Source: Desulfobaccales bacterium (GTDB taxonomy: Bacteria; Desulfobacterota; Desulfobaccia; Desulfobaccales; 0-14-0-80-60-11). Taken from it: DNA of 64,000 nt. Positions 35,681 through 44,384 of the stretch are shown piece after piece. Both the position numbers and the translations under genes were made by a program. The notes below the pieces were generated by a model. The model ran no database searches and was not told the DNA's origin. It saw only the letters and a program-made list of their open reading frames with translations. How positions within the stretch are numbered: the stretch's first letter is position 1; every line of letters starts with the position of its first letter. The DNA is taken from positions 101,724-165,723 of the forward strand of contig JBAZPO010000005.1 in assembly GCA_041648175.1 (NCBI GenBank), written 5' to 3'.

Positions 35681-36309
35681 CTTTGGAAGTAAGCCCACAG
35701 GCCGAAGAGGCCCAGAATATAACCGATGCCACCGATGATATCAGCGGGAGTTGTGCGGTGGATGGTCAATTCGGCGAGCATCTCCTTGATGGGTGCGAGC
35801 TGGCGTTCCAGAGATTTATTCACGGCGGCTTCCAAGGCTTGCTGATCTAGGCCGGCGGTTTTGGTCTCCGAAGCTGCCGGAGGAGTTGCCGGAATTGGCA
35901 CGGGGGCAGTGGCCTTCCCTGGCGTGGTTCCGGTCAAATAGCTGTCCGCCTTGAGCAGCCATTTACCCCGGTGGCCCATGGCCGCTTCCACCACGATATT
36001 CAGATCCAACTTCTGGGCCGCGGCTGCGGCAGGAATTTTAAAGGAAAACTTTCCCTGGTCATCGGTTTGGCCGGTTAAAAGTTCGCTGCCGGTTTTTGGA
36101 TCCAGAACCAGGACATTGCCCTGGCGCACCGGCGTATCAGGGATAAACTTGCTTTCCGTGTGGATGGCGCCGCCTTCGGCATAGGCGAAGACCAGCACCC
36201 GGTGGGCCAGAGCCGGGGACGTGAAAACGCCAAGGGCCAGGAGCACCAGGACTCCTTGAACCCCGAGAACCAGGAGATGCTGTCTCCACCAGAACCACTT
36301 TTTAGGCAT
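35668..36309 (-). CDS. Bitopic accessory component of the Ni/Co ECF importer (NikL/CbiN-like: TM, periplasmic beta domain, TM)
   Basis: N-terminal TM LLVLGVQGVLVLLALGVF. HRVLVFAYAEGGAIHTESKF and a DDQGKFSF transthyretin-like periplasmic part. C-terminal TM IIGGIGYILGLFGLWAYF resembles the CbiN C-terminus. Sits in the cbiN position between cbiM and cbiQ. Confidence 0.6.
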   Translation of the reverse strand: MPKKWFWWRQHLLVLGVQGVLVLLALGVFTSPALAHRVLVFAYAEGGAIHTESKFIPDTPVRQGNVLVLDPKTGSELLTGQTDDQGKFSFKIPAAAAAQKLDLNIVVEAAMGHRGKWLLKADSYLTGTTPGKATAPVPIPATPPAASETKTAGLDQQALEAAVNKSLERQLAPIKEMLAELTIHRTTPADIIGGIGYILGLFGLWAYFQSSRS

Positions 36310-36907
36310 AGATTTCCTCCAACATTTCGGGACGGACTTTTTTAAGGAACTGGAAGATAAACAGCGTAATGATGCCCTCGATGATCATTATGGGTATGTG
36401 CGCCAAGAGAACCAGTTCGGCCACTTTGAGAAAAGCCTGACCGGTGGTGATTAAGGCCGTGGCCACCAGCAAACCGCTTAACAACATGGCCAGGGCCCCG
36501 CAGGCAAAGGCCGCCACCGCGGCAATGACTCCTTGACCGCGCAAGAACCTGCGAAAGACAAAAAAGCAGATGACTGCGGGCGCGGCCATAGTGACTGTAT
36601 TCACCCCCAACACTGTCAGGCCTCCGAACTGGAAGAGCAGGGCCTGCAGGAACAGGGCGATGAGGATGGCGGGGAAGGCCATCCAGCCCAGCAGCAGCCC
36701 CATAAGGCCGTTGAGTACCAGGTGCGCACCCACCGGGCCTACCGGCACATGGATGAGCGAGGCCACGAAGAACGCCGCGGACAGTATGGCTACCCGGGGA
36801 ATGGCCTCATAATCGAGTTTTTTCAGGCCGATGGCGCATCCTACCACCGCCAGCCCAGCCCCTCCGGCTAATACCACCGGAGAGAGCACTCCTTCAGAAA
36901 TATGCAT
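36302..36907 (-). CDS. cbiM: ECF substrate-capture component CbiM/NikM
   Basis: Starts MHISEGVLS, the conserved metal-ligating N-terminus of CbiM/NikM. About 6 TM helices. Confidence 0.9.
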   Translation of the reverse strand: MHISEGVLSPVVLAGGAGLAVVGCAIGLKKLDYEAIPRVAILSAAFFVASLIHVPVGPVGAHLVLNGLMGLLLGWMAFPAILIALFLQALLFQFGGLTVLGVNTVTMAAPAVICFFVFRRFLRGQGVIAAVAAFACGALAMLLSGLLVATALITTGQAFLKVAELVLLAHIPIMIIEGIITLFIFQFLKKVRPEMLEEIYA

Positions 36908-36965
36908 GTCTTACCCCATAGATGGCGTGGCGGTTAGAGACCTCGCAGGCGCTCTCGCTGACCAG

Positions 36966-37026
36966 GCCAAAAAAAAGCCATGAAGGCAATCATCCCTTTG
37001 GGAGGATCGCAAGCCTTCATGGCTTT
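36966..37026 (-). terminator. Rho-independent-terminator-like hairpin inside the cbiM leader (candidate attenuator / riboswitch expression platform)
   Basis: Minus strand reads aaagccatgaaggcttgcgatcctcccaaagggatgattgccttcatggcttttttttgg. A 14-bp outer stem plus an inner stem, followed by a run of eight T, about 60 nt upstream of the cbiM ATG. No minus-strand gene lies upstream that it could terminate. Confidence 0.6.
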
Positions 37027-37304
37027 GAATTATATCTACTCGGTTATTTTTCGGTTAATTTCTGACTTAGGGCTTCTTACCCCGGAATGTCTTTCTTATA
37101 CCCGAGATATCAAACCAGTTCAAGGAAAATTTCTTCTCAGCAACTAAAAATGAGGTGCCTCCGATGGCTTTGTCCGCCATATCGTCCCGGCCGCGGGCGT
37201 AGACACCCTTTAACGGCTGCAAGCAACGGCTTTTACCCACCCTTGAATATATGATCTCCGTGTCCTAAGTTAGTTGGTATCACCTTGTGGAAAGGGGCTC
37301 CACC

Positions 37305-37769
37305 ATGTTTCTTTATCTTGTCCAGCATGCCGAGGCTAAAAAAGCAGAAGAAGACCCGGGGAGGGATCTAACGGAAAGGGGCCGGCTGGACATTGAAAAT
37401 GTGGCACACCATTTGAAAAGGCTCAATGTCCAGATCAGGCAAATATTTCATAGCGGTAAGACCAGGGCTCAAACTACCGCCAATGTCCTGGCGTGGCATT
37501 TAAAGCCCCCGGCTGGGGTCTCGGAAACCCCGGGGCTGGCGCCGTTGGATGACCCTAAGGTCTTGGCTGACCGCATCACGCTGATGGATGGGGATATTCT
37601 CTTGGTGGGACATCTTCCCCATTTGGGCAGGTTAGCCGCCCTACTCATGACCGGTGACCAAGAGAAACAAGTCATTAATTTTCAGATGGGCGGCGCGGTC
37701 CGTCTGAGACGCATGGCGGAGGATCAATGGGCAGTTGATTGGATGGTTCTTCCTGAAATCATCCTTTAG
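37305..37769 (+). CDS. sixA: Phosphohistidine phosphatase SixA-like (histidine phosphatase superfamily)
   Basis: MFLYLVQHAEAKKAEEDPGRDLTERGR and ILLVGHLPHLG match the SixA pattern. Track start 37287 is a GTG extension. Confidence 0.75.
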   Translation: MFLYLVQHAEAKKAEEDPGRDLTERGRLDIENVAHHLKRLNVQIRQIFHSGKTRAQTTANVLAWHLKPPAGVSETPGLAPLDDPKVLADRITLMDGDILLVGHLPHLGRLAALLMTGDQEKQVINFQMGGAVRLRRMAEDQWAVDWMVLPEIIL

Positions 37770-37808
37770 CGGATCTATATATAGCGTCATAAATAATTTG
37801 ACTATTTA

Positions 37809-37878
37809 TCTCTGCGCCCTCAGCGTCTCAGCGGTTAATTATTTTTCAACCGCAGAGGCGCAGAGAACGCAGAGAGCG
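37809..37878. repeat. Inverted repeat tctctgcgccctcagcgtctcagcggttaa ... ttcaaccgcagaggcgcagagaacgcagaga
   Basis: Arms read directly. Lies immediately after the sixA stop. Confidence 0.7.
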
Positions 37879-37900
37879 CTTATGTTCAGTTACTTATACT

Positions 37901-37984
37901 CATTGCCAAAAGTCCCCTCACCCTACCCTCTCCCACAAGGGGAGAGGAGAATTAGAGAACAAAACTTTTGGCAAACGCTATACG
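37901..37984. repeat. Repeat family B, copy 2
   Basis: cATTGCCAAAAgtcccctcaccctaCCCTCTCCCACAAGGGGAGAGGagaattagagaacaaaacTTTTGGCAAAcgctatacg is colinear with 26190..26280. Confidence 0.8.
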
Positions 37985-38021
37985 TCATTGCGCATATGGG
38001 CAAGGCGGAGGCGGAGAGGCG

Positions 38022-38336
38022 ATGCAAGGGCTTGAACTGATAAAAAATCTTGCTGAACTCGATCAAGAGGTCGCCGAAAAGGTTGAGGAAACCCGCCGGT
38101 CCGCCGAGGACCGGGTCAATCGCGCCGAAGCCGAGAGTCAGCGCCTCCTGGCCGAGGCCGACGCTCAGATCCGCCGGCTGGAAGAAGTGTCGCGGACGCA
38201 AATGGCCGAGGTCAGCGCCAGGCTGACCGAGGACGCCCGCCAGCATGCCGCCGCGGAGCAAGAACGCCTGCGCAGCCAGGCTGTGCCAAACCTCGATCGC
38301 GCCGTCGAATTCATCCTCTCAGAGGTTATGCCGTGA
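38022..38336 (+). CDS. A/V-type ATPase peripheral-stalk subunit (G/H-like)
   Basis: 104-aa all-helical, charge-rich protein in first position of the operon. GGCGGAGAGG SD before ATG 38022. Confidence 0.6.
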   Translation: MQGLELIKNLAELDQEVAEKVEETRRSAEDRVNRAEAESQRLLAEADAQIRRLEEVSRTQMAEVSARLTEDARQHAAAEQERLRSQAVPNLDRAVEFILSEVMP

Positions 38337-40309
38337 TTGCGCGGATGGAAAAAATCTTTATTGTGGGGCCAAAGCGGTTGGCTCCTGAGATTTTATTCAT
38401 GCTGCAGCAGGCCGGCGTCGTGCAAGTTGACTCTCTTCCCAGGGACCAGCTTGGCGCCTACCAGCTTGAACCCGGGGAAGAGAAGCGGCTCAGAAGGTGG
38501 GATGCCGTGGCGACCTCGACGGATCATACCTCAGGCCTCCTGGGTCTGGAGTTCGGCGCTGCGGTGGAACCCTTCTTGGGCGACCTGGAGGAGGCTGAAG
38601 CCATAGCTTCATCCTGCGAACAGCGCGCGGCTAGCCTGGTAGAAACGCGGGAACGGCTCAGGGACGAACTCCAATTGATCGGCCAGTACCAGGAGGTCCT
38701 GGAGCATCTGGCGGCAGCAATGCAGGGGCTGGATGGCAGTTCCCGACTCGCAGTTATCCCCTTTATAGTCGAGAGGACAGAAGACCTGGCGGCGTTGGAA
38801 CAGGAACTCTCACCGGCGCTCGATGACCGTTTTCTCCTGACTGAGAGGCCGGTGGGAAACCTGATTGTCGCGGTCATCGTTACCCTGAAGCGTGACGCCG
38901 AGGTAGCCAGAGGCATTCTCGCGCACGCCGGTTTGCATGAACTGCCGCGGCTGGGAGAATACGCCCGGATGGGCTTCAGGACCATGGCGGCGCGGCTGAC
39001 GGCAAGATCAAGATTGGCCCCTAAAGAGCTGGCCGGCGTAGAGGAAGAATTGCGCCATCTGAGGCAAGAAGCGGGCCAGGAGTTGAGGAGTATTTGGAGC
39101 CAGGCCACCGATGAAACCAACCGCCTGCATACCCTCAGGGCCATGGCCTCCGGGCGTTACGGCTTTGCGCTATTCGGTTGGACGCCTGTCAGCCAGAAGA
39201 CCGGGGTCATAGAACTCCTGAACCGGCAGTGCGACCGGATACTCTATACCTTCGAACCCGCGGAAGAACACCATGAACCTTCGCTGATTCCGGTCCTGCT
39301 GGAAAATCCCGCCTGGGTCAAGCCCTTCGAGGCCTTGATCACTTTTTTGAATACTCCGCGCTACGACAGTTGGGACCCCACCTGGATCACCGCCACCCTG
39401 TTGCCGCTCTGGGTCGGCATGATTATGGGGGATGTGGGTTACGGCCTGGTTTTTATCGGAGTGGCCTGGTATTTGTCCAGGTTTGTGAGACGCAACCAGG
39501 TGCTCAAGGTAGAATTTTTCAAGATGCGGCTAGCACCGGAGACCGTAGCGCAGGTGGTGCGCATCATGAAGCCCATGATCGTCTGGACTATCCTGTGGGG
39601 CTGTGTGTACGGGGAGTGCTTTGGCAACCTGTTCCACAGGTTGGGGGTCTTTGGGACGGCCCACCACCCGGGATTGATCCCCACCCTAATTCGCCGGACC
39701 GATACTGCCGCCACCGCGACTCTATTAATTTTGGTTTCCATCGGTTTCGGCATTATCCAGGTGCTCCACGGTTTCGTCCTCAAGGCCCAACTGAGCCGCC
39801 GACACGGTGAGAAAAAGCCTTTCTGGGAAGCGAGCGGCTACTTCGGCGGCGTTTTTGCCCTGATGCTCTTCGGTTATGCTTTTATGACCGAAGGCTATCC
39901 GCGCTGGCTGTTGATCGCGATGTTTGCAGGCGCCGCCTTATTCGTGTTCGGCATGATCCTCGCTAAAATGCCCCTTATGATCGCAGAACTGCCGACACAA
40001 GGCGGCCATATCTTGAGCTACATCCGCCTCTACGCGGTGGGAATGGCTTCGGCCATTCTTGCGGACCTGGCTACCGACATCGGGTTTGCGTTTTATCCGA
40101 TGGGAGGCATCGCCGGAGTCTTCATGGGCATTGTGATCGGCCTGGGATTGGGACTCCTGATCCATGCGCTTCTACTCATCCTTCTTACCATAAGCCATGT
40201 AGTTCAGCCTATTCGTCTCATCTGGGTCGAATTTTTCACCAAGTTTGATTTCTACACCTTGAGCGGCAGGCCGTACCGCCCATTCAAGGTGCAGGGCGGC
40301 GCGCCATAA
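38333..40309 (+). CDS. atpI: A/V-type ATPase subunit I (a-subunit)
   Basis: About 320-aa cytoplasmic N-terminal half, then about 7 TM helices. Contains the conserved arginine region SYIRLYAVGMAS. Confidence 0.85.
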   Translation: MIARMEKIFIVGPKRLAPEILFMLQQAGVVQVDSLPRDQLGAYQLEPGEEKRLRRWDAVATSTDHTSGLLGLEFGAAVEPFLGDLEEAEAIASSCEQRAASLVETRERLRDELQLIGQYQEVLEHLAAAMQGLDGSSRLAVIPFIVERTEDLAALEQELSPALDDRFLLTERPVGNLIVAVIVTLKRDAEVARGILAHAGLHELPRLGEYARMGFRTMAARLTARSRLAPKELAGVEEELRHLRQEAGQELRSIWSQATDETNRLHTLRAMASGRYGFALFGWTPVSQKTGVIELLNRQCDRILYTFEPAEEHHEPSLIPVLLENPAWVKPFEALITFLNTPRYDSWDPTWITATLLPLWVGMIMGDVGYGLVFIGVAWYLSRFVRRNQVLKVEFFKMRLAPETVAQVVRIMKPMIVWTILWGCVYGECFGNLFHRLGVFGTAHHPGLIPTLIRRTDTAATATLLILVSIGFGIIQVLHGFVLKAQLSRRHGEKKPFWEASGYFGGVFALMLFGYAFMTEGYPRWLLIAMFAGAALFVFGMILAKMPLMIAELPTQGGHILSYIRLYAVGMASAILADLATDIGFAFYPMGGIAGVFMGIVIGLGLGLLIHALLLILLTISHVVQPIRLIWVEFFTKFDFYTLSGRPYRPFKVQGGAP

Positions 40310-40378
40310 TTGCAGCATATTGGCAGGGGACCCGAACGGTAACTCTAAAAGTCTTATAAAAACTAAGGAGGAGAGTTG

Positions 40379-40690
40379 ATGAAAGCAAGGTTTCTTTTCA
40401 TTCTGGGGCTTCTCTTCGCATGTGCCGCAATGTTCGCGCCGCAGGTCATGGCCGCCGAGGGAACGAACATCACGTCGGATAAAGGATTGGCGGCAATTGG
40501 CATAGGGTTGGCCGTCGGACTGAGCGCCCTGGGAACCGGCCTGGCGCAGTCCCGGATCGGACCGGCGGGGCTCGGCGCCGCTGCGGAAAAACCTGAAATG
40601 CAGGGTCTGGCGCTTATCTTCTTACTCTTGCCTGAGACCTTGGTGATCTTTGGATTGGTCGTAGCGTTCATGCTCATAGGGCGGCTGTAA
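40379..40690 (+). CDS. atpK: A/V-type ATPase proteolipid subunit K (c)
   Basis: GLAVGLSALGTGLAQSRIG hairpin helix 1 and LIFLLLPETLVIFGLVVAFML helix 2 with the carboxylate. AAGGAGGAGAG SD. Confidence 0.85.
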   Translation: MKARFLFILGLLFACAAMFAPQVMAAEGTNITSDKGLAAIGIGLAVGLSALGTGLAQSRIGPAGLGAAAEKPEMQGLALIFLLLPETLVIFGLVVAFMLIGRL

Positions 40691-41253
40691 TGTCGAAGCT
40701 GGAGGAGATTCTCCAGCAAGAGGCTGAGGCTGAGATCGATGCGATCCTGGCACAGGCGGATTCAAGGGCCGCCAAGATTGTCAGCGAGGCGCAAAGCCGC
40801 GCCTCGGCCAAGGTAGCAGCCCACCAAAAGAAGATCGAGGCTGAGGCTCACGCTGCAACCCGGCAGGGCCAAAGTACGGCCGAACTCATTGTCTCCAAGG
40901 CCCGCATACAAGCCAAAGGGGAGATGATGGACCTGCTGCGACAGAAGGTATTGCTGGCGTTAGAAGAAACTCCCTCCAAACCGGGTTACGGCGAGGTTCT
41001 CCAGGCGCTGGCCGAGGAGGCCATGGGTGTTACTGAAGGCGCGGAGGCAGTGGTGGTGCACCCTCACGATAAGGAGAAATTGAATGATTGGGCGATGCAC
41101 CGCGGGCTCGCACTGCAAACCGACCCGGAACTTCGCCTTGGGGTGCGGATTGTGAGCCGGATCGGCAAGAATGTGGAAAACACTTTGCACGAGCGGTTAC
41201 ATCGCGCCTGGGGCACGCTTGCCCCCGAGGTGACCAAGCTGCTCTGGGAGTGA
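40690..41253 (+). CDS. atpE: A/V-type ATPase subunit E
   Basis: Long N-terminal helix (LEEILQQEAEAEIDAILAQADSRAAKIVSEAQ) plus a globular C-terminus. Correct operon position. Confidence 0.8.
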   Translation: MSKLEEILQQEAEAEIDAILAQADSRAAKIVSEAQSRASAKVAAHQKKIEAEAHAATRQGQSTAELIVSKARIQAKGEMMDLLRQKVLLALEETPSKPGYGEVLQALAEEAMGVTEGAEAVVVHPHDKEKLNDWAMHRGLALQTDPELRLGVRIVSRIGKNVENTLHERLHRAWGTLAPEVTKLLWE

Positions 41254-41262
41254 GGGAAGCGT

Positions 41263-42246
41263 TTGACTGACGATTTCACCTATTTGAACGCTCGCATCTG
41301 GGTGAGGCGCAGCCGGTTGCTGCCTGAGCGCTTCTTCCGTGAGGCGCTGAGACTGGAATTCCCTGACCTGGTAAAGCTCCTGAAAGAAAGCATATACGGT
41401 TCTGACCTTACGGGAGATACCCTCGCAGACCTGGACCGCGCTGTCATGGTTCATTTGAACCGCACGGTAGGAGACTTACCCCGTCTGGTCTCCGGGGTGG
41501 CCCGCGAGTCTGTCAGTCTGCTGTTAATGCGCTCCGACCTGGCTAATGTGAAAACCATTCTGCGTGGGAAGCAGGCGGGCTGGGCGCCCGAGGAAATCAT
41601 GGGTCATCTTGGCGCGGGCACGATTCCCCGAGCCTTCTACGGCCACCTAGTCGAGGCCGCAGACGCGGCATCCCTGGCGCAACTTTTTTCGTTGCCCGAG
41701 CACCCGCTCGCCCACGCCCTCCGTAAGGCAGTGTCGGCCTCGGGGGAACCGCTGGAGATAGAGATTACCCTTGACCGGGAGTTCTATGCCGCGCTGCTGC
41801 TCCGGGCTCAGGAGCTGGGCCAGTCGTACCTTGCCGATTTTATGAGTTTTGAGATCGATGCCTTGAACCTGGCCACCGGGCTCAAGCTGTCCACTTTGGG
41901 TTTTAAAGGACAGTCGAACCGATATTTCCTGCCGGGAGGCAAACGCGTGGGCCTGCCTCTCTTTGAGCTTCTGGCTGCCGGAGAAGTGGACGCACTGAAG
42001 GTGTTGGGAAACACTGTTTTCGGACGTGTGGCTGAGGCGAAAGACCTCGCCACTCTGGAACGGGGCCTCCGCTGTATTCTTTTGGCCAAAGCCCATGAAG
42101 GGGTTAAGGACATGCTGGGAGGAGGTATGGCCAACGATTACATCCTCCATAAGGAGTGGGAGGCTGGCCGGATTCGGCTGTTGGCCCGGCGAGCTTTTTT
42201 TGGGTTGCCAACCGCTGCCGTGGAACCGGAGGTGTTTTGCCAGTGA
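41263..42246 (+). CDS. atpC: A/V-type ATPase subunit C (d)
   Basis: 327 aa, helical. FTYLNARIWVRRSRLL opening is typical of subunit C. TTG start. Confidence 0.8.
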   Translation: MTDDFTYLNARIWVRRSRLLPERFFREALRLEFPDLVKLLKESIYGSDLTGDTLADLDRAVMVHLNRTVGDLPRLVSGVARESVSLLLMRSDLANVKTILRGKQAGWAPEEIMGHLGAGTIPRAFYGHLVEAADAASLAQLFSLPEHPLAHALRKAVSASGEPLEIEITLDREFYAALLLRAQELGQSYLADFMSFEIDALNLATGLKLSTLGFKGQSNRYFLPGGKRVGLPLFELLAAGEVDALKVLGNTVFGRVAEAKDLATLERGLRCILLAKAHEGVKDMLGGGMANDYILHKEWEAGRIRLLARRAFFGLPTAAVEPEVFCQ

Positions 42247-42569
42247 AGATTGCGGTTCTGACTGATCCTGAATCCGCGGCGGGATACCGCCTCGGCGGCC
42301 TGGAAGTGGCATTGGCCCATGACCCGGCCGAAGCCCGGGAGGTGTTGGCGCGTCTGGTTCAGACAGGAGACTATGCACTCGTAATAGTCAATATGACGTT
42401 GTTGCCGGACCCTTACCAGGCAGTTAAAAGGGAGCTGCGCGGCCGGGATCTCCCGGTCCTGCTGGCGGCCCCGGCGCATCGTGCTGCGGTCACCGTCGCC
42501 GGCGAAGACGCCGAGGCGTACCTGCGACAGTTGATCAAGGAAACCATGGGCTACGAGATTAAGCTTTAG
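42243..42569 (+). CDS. atpF: A/V-type ATPase subunit F
   Basis: VKIAVLTDPESAAGYRLGGLEV opening. GTG 42243 overlaps the subunit C stop. The track start 42156 is an out-of-context extension. Confidence 0.8.
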   Translation: MKIAVLTDPESAAGYRLGGLEVALAHDPAEAREVLARLVQTGDYALVIVNMTLLPDPYQAVKRELRGRDLPVLLAAPAHRAAVTVAGEDAEAYLRQLIKETMGYEIKL

Positions 42570-42638
42570 AGGCCGGAACCTGGGCCGCGGGAGTCAGCGA
42601 ACTTGGGACTTCCGCAACCCGCTCACATCGGAGGAAAA

Positions 42639-44375
42639 ATGATCCGGGGAACCGTCCGGAAAATCACCGGCCCCGCAGTTATTGCCAAAGGGATGCTGGG
42701 CGCCCGCATGTACGACATTGTTAAAGTGGGCGAAGAAGAACTGGTCGGTGAAATCATCCGCCTGGAAGGGGACACCGCCTTCGTCCAGGTGTACGAGGAC
42801 ACCTTCGGCCTCCTGGTGGGTCAACCGGTGGTATCATCAGGGGTGCCGCTGGCCGTGGAACTGGGCCCCGGATTGCTGAACGCCGTCTTTGACGGGATTC
42901 AGCGGCCACTTTACGCAATTCAGGAGAAAACCGGCAATTTCATCTCCCGGGGCGTGGAAGCGCTGGCGTTAGACCGGCAGAAGCAATGGGACTGGACCCC
43001 CAAGGTTAACGTGGGCGATGCGGTCACGGGCGGGTTGACCCTCGGTACGGTGCCAGAGTTCCGCTTCATCCACAAAATCATGGCGCCGCCTGAGGTCAGC
43101 GGGGTGGTCAAACAGGTAAAACCGGCCGGCTCCTACAGCGTGGAAGAACCGGTGGTGACCCTCGAAGACGGTACCGAGCTTAAAATGGTCCAGATCTGGC
43201 CGGTCCGGCGACCGCGCCCGGTCAAGGAAAAGCTTGATCCGACCACGCCGTTTCTCACCGGCACGCGGATACTGGACGTACTGTTTCCCGTGGCTATGGG
43301 CGGCAACGCCGCGATCCCCGGACCGTTTGGCTCCGGCAAAACGGTGACGCAGCAGTCTCTGGCCAAGTGGTCCAACGCCGATATCGTGGTTTACGTGGGC
43401 TGCGGGGAACGGGGCAATGAAATGACGGACGTGCTCACGGAGTTTCCCAGTCTTATCGACCCCAGGACCGGCGACCCGCTGATGCACCGCACTGTGCTGA
43501 TTGCCAACACCTCCAACATGCCGGTGGCGGCCCGGGAGGCCAGCATCTATGTGGGGGTGACTCTGGCCGAATATTTCCGCGACCAGGGTTATGCGGTGGC
43601 CTTGATGGCCGACTCCACCAGCCGTTGGGCCGAGGCGTTGCGGGAAATCTCTTCACGGCTGGAGGAGATGCCCGCCGAAGAAGGTTATCCCCCGTATCTG
43701 TCTTCTCGCCTGGCCGCGTTCTATGAACGGGCGGGCCTGGTCACCACCCTGGCGGGAGAGCGCGGCGCGGTCTCCGTGGTCGGGGCCGTCTCCCCCGCGG
43801 GGGGCGACATGTCCGAACCGGTGACGCAGTCCACCCTGCGCATCGCGGGCGCCTTCTGGCGGCTGGACGCGTCCCTGGCCTACCGGCGCCACTTTCCGGC
43901 CATTCATTGGAACGGCTCCTACTCCTTGTATATGCCGCTCCTGGCGCAGTGGTATCGGGAGAACCTGGAGCCGGGTTACCCGGAAATGCGGGATGCCCTC
44001 AGCCGGTTGCTGCAACAGGAGGCCTCCTTGCAGGAAATGGTGCAACTGGTGGGGCCGGATGCCCTGCAAGATCAGGAGCGGCTGATCATTGAAGTGGGCC
44101 GCATCATCCGCGAAGACTTTCTGCAGCAGGACGCGTTCCACGAAAACGACGCCTATTGTTCCATGGAAAAGGCCCAGGGGATCATCCGGATGATTTTGAG
44201 CTTTTACCAACAGGCCGAAAAGGCTTTAAAAACGGGGGTCCCCATCGACGATCTCATCCAGAACCCGGTGCTGGAGAAAATCGCCCGGGCGCGGTTCACG
44301 GCCGAAGATCGTTTTCAGGCCTACCGGGACGAGGCGCTGGGGGAGATTGATACAGCTTTCGGGAAAAAAGGCTAA
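42639..44375 (+). CDS. atpA: A/V-type ATPase catalytic subunit A
   Basis: Walker [10 protein letters not shown], with the non-homologous insert region characteristic of A subunits. GGAGGAAAA SD before ATG 42639. Confidence 0.95.
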   Translation: MIRGTVRKITGPAVIAKGMLGARMYDIVKVGEEELVGEIIRLEGDTAFVQVYEDTFGLLVGQPVVSSGVPLAVELGPGLLNAVFDGIQRPLYAIQEKTGNFISRGVEALALDRQKQWDWTPKVNVGDAVTGGLTLGTVPEFRFIHKIMAPPEVSGVVKQVKPAGSYSVEEPVVTLEDGTELKMVQIWPVRRPRPVKEKLDPTTPFLTGTRILDVLFPVAMGGNAAIPGPFGSGKTVTQQSLAKWSNADIVVYVGCGERGNEMTDVLTEFPSLIDPRTGDPLMHRTVLIANTSNMPVAAREASIYVGVTLAEYFRDQGYAVALMADSTSRWAEALREISSRLEEMPAEEGYPPYLSSRLAAFYERAGLVTTLAGERGAVSVVGAVSPAGGDMSEPVTQSTLRIAGAFWRLDASLAYRRHFPAIHWNGSYSLYMPLLAQWYRENLEPGYPEMRDALSRLLQQEASLQEMVQLVGPDALQDQERLIIEVGRIIREDFLQQDAFHENDAYCSMEKAQGIIRMILSFYQQAEKALKTGVPIDDLIQNPVLEKIARARFTAEDRFQAYRDEALGEIDTAFGKKG

Positions 44376-44384
44376 GGAATCACC

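Noticed and set aside
36908-37286. Looking for a NikR operator (GTATGA-type inverted repeat) or a NiCo riboswitch upstream of cbiM.
   Set aside because: I could not find a convincing NikR-type palindrome, and there is no nikR gene in the window. NiCo riboswitches control exporters, not importers. Only the terminator plus a weak cobalamin-like resemblance is reported.
40379-40690. Inferring Na+ rather than H+ coupling of the ATPase from the Q...PET motif in the proteolipid.
   Set aside because: As far as I recall, the same LLPETLVIFG helix occurs in the proton-coupled Thermus enzyme. The motif alone does not discriminate, and ion specificity cannot be read from this sequence.
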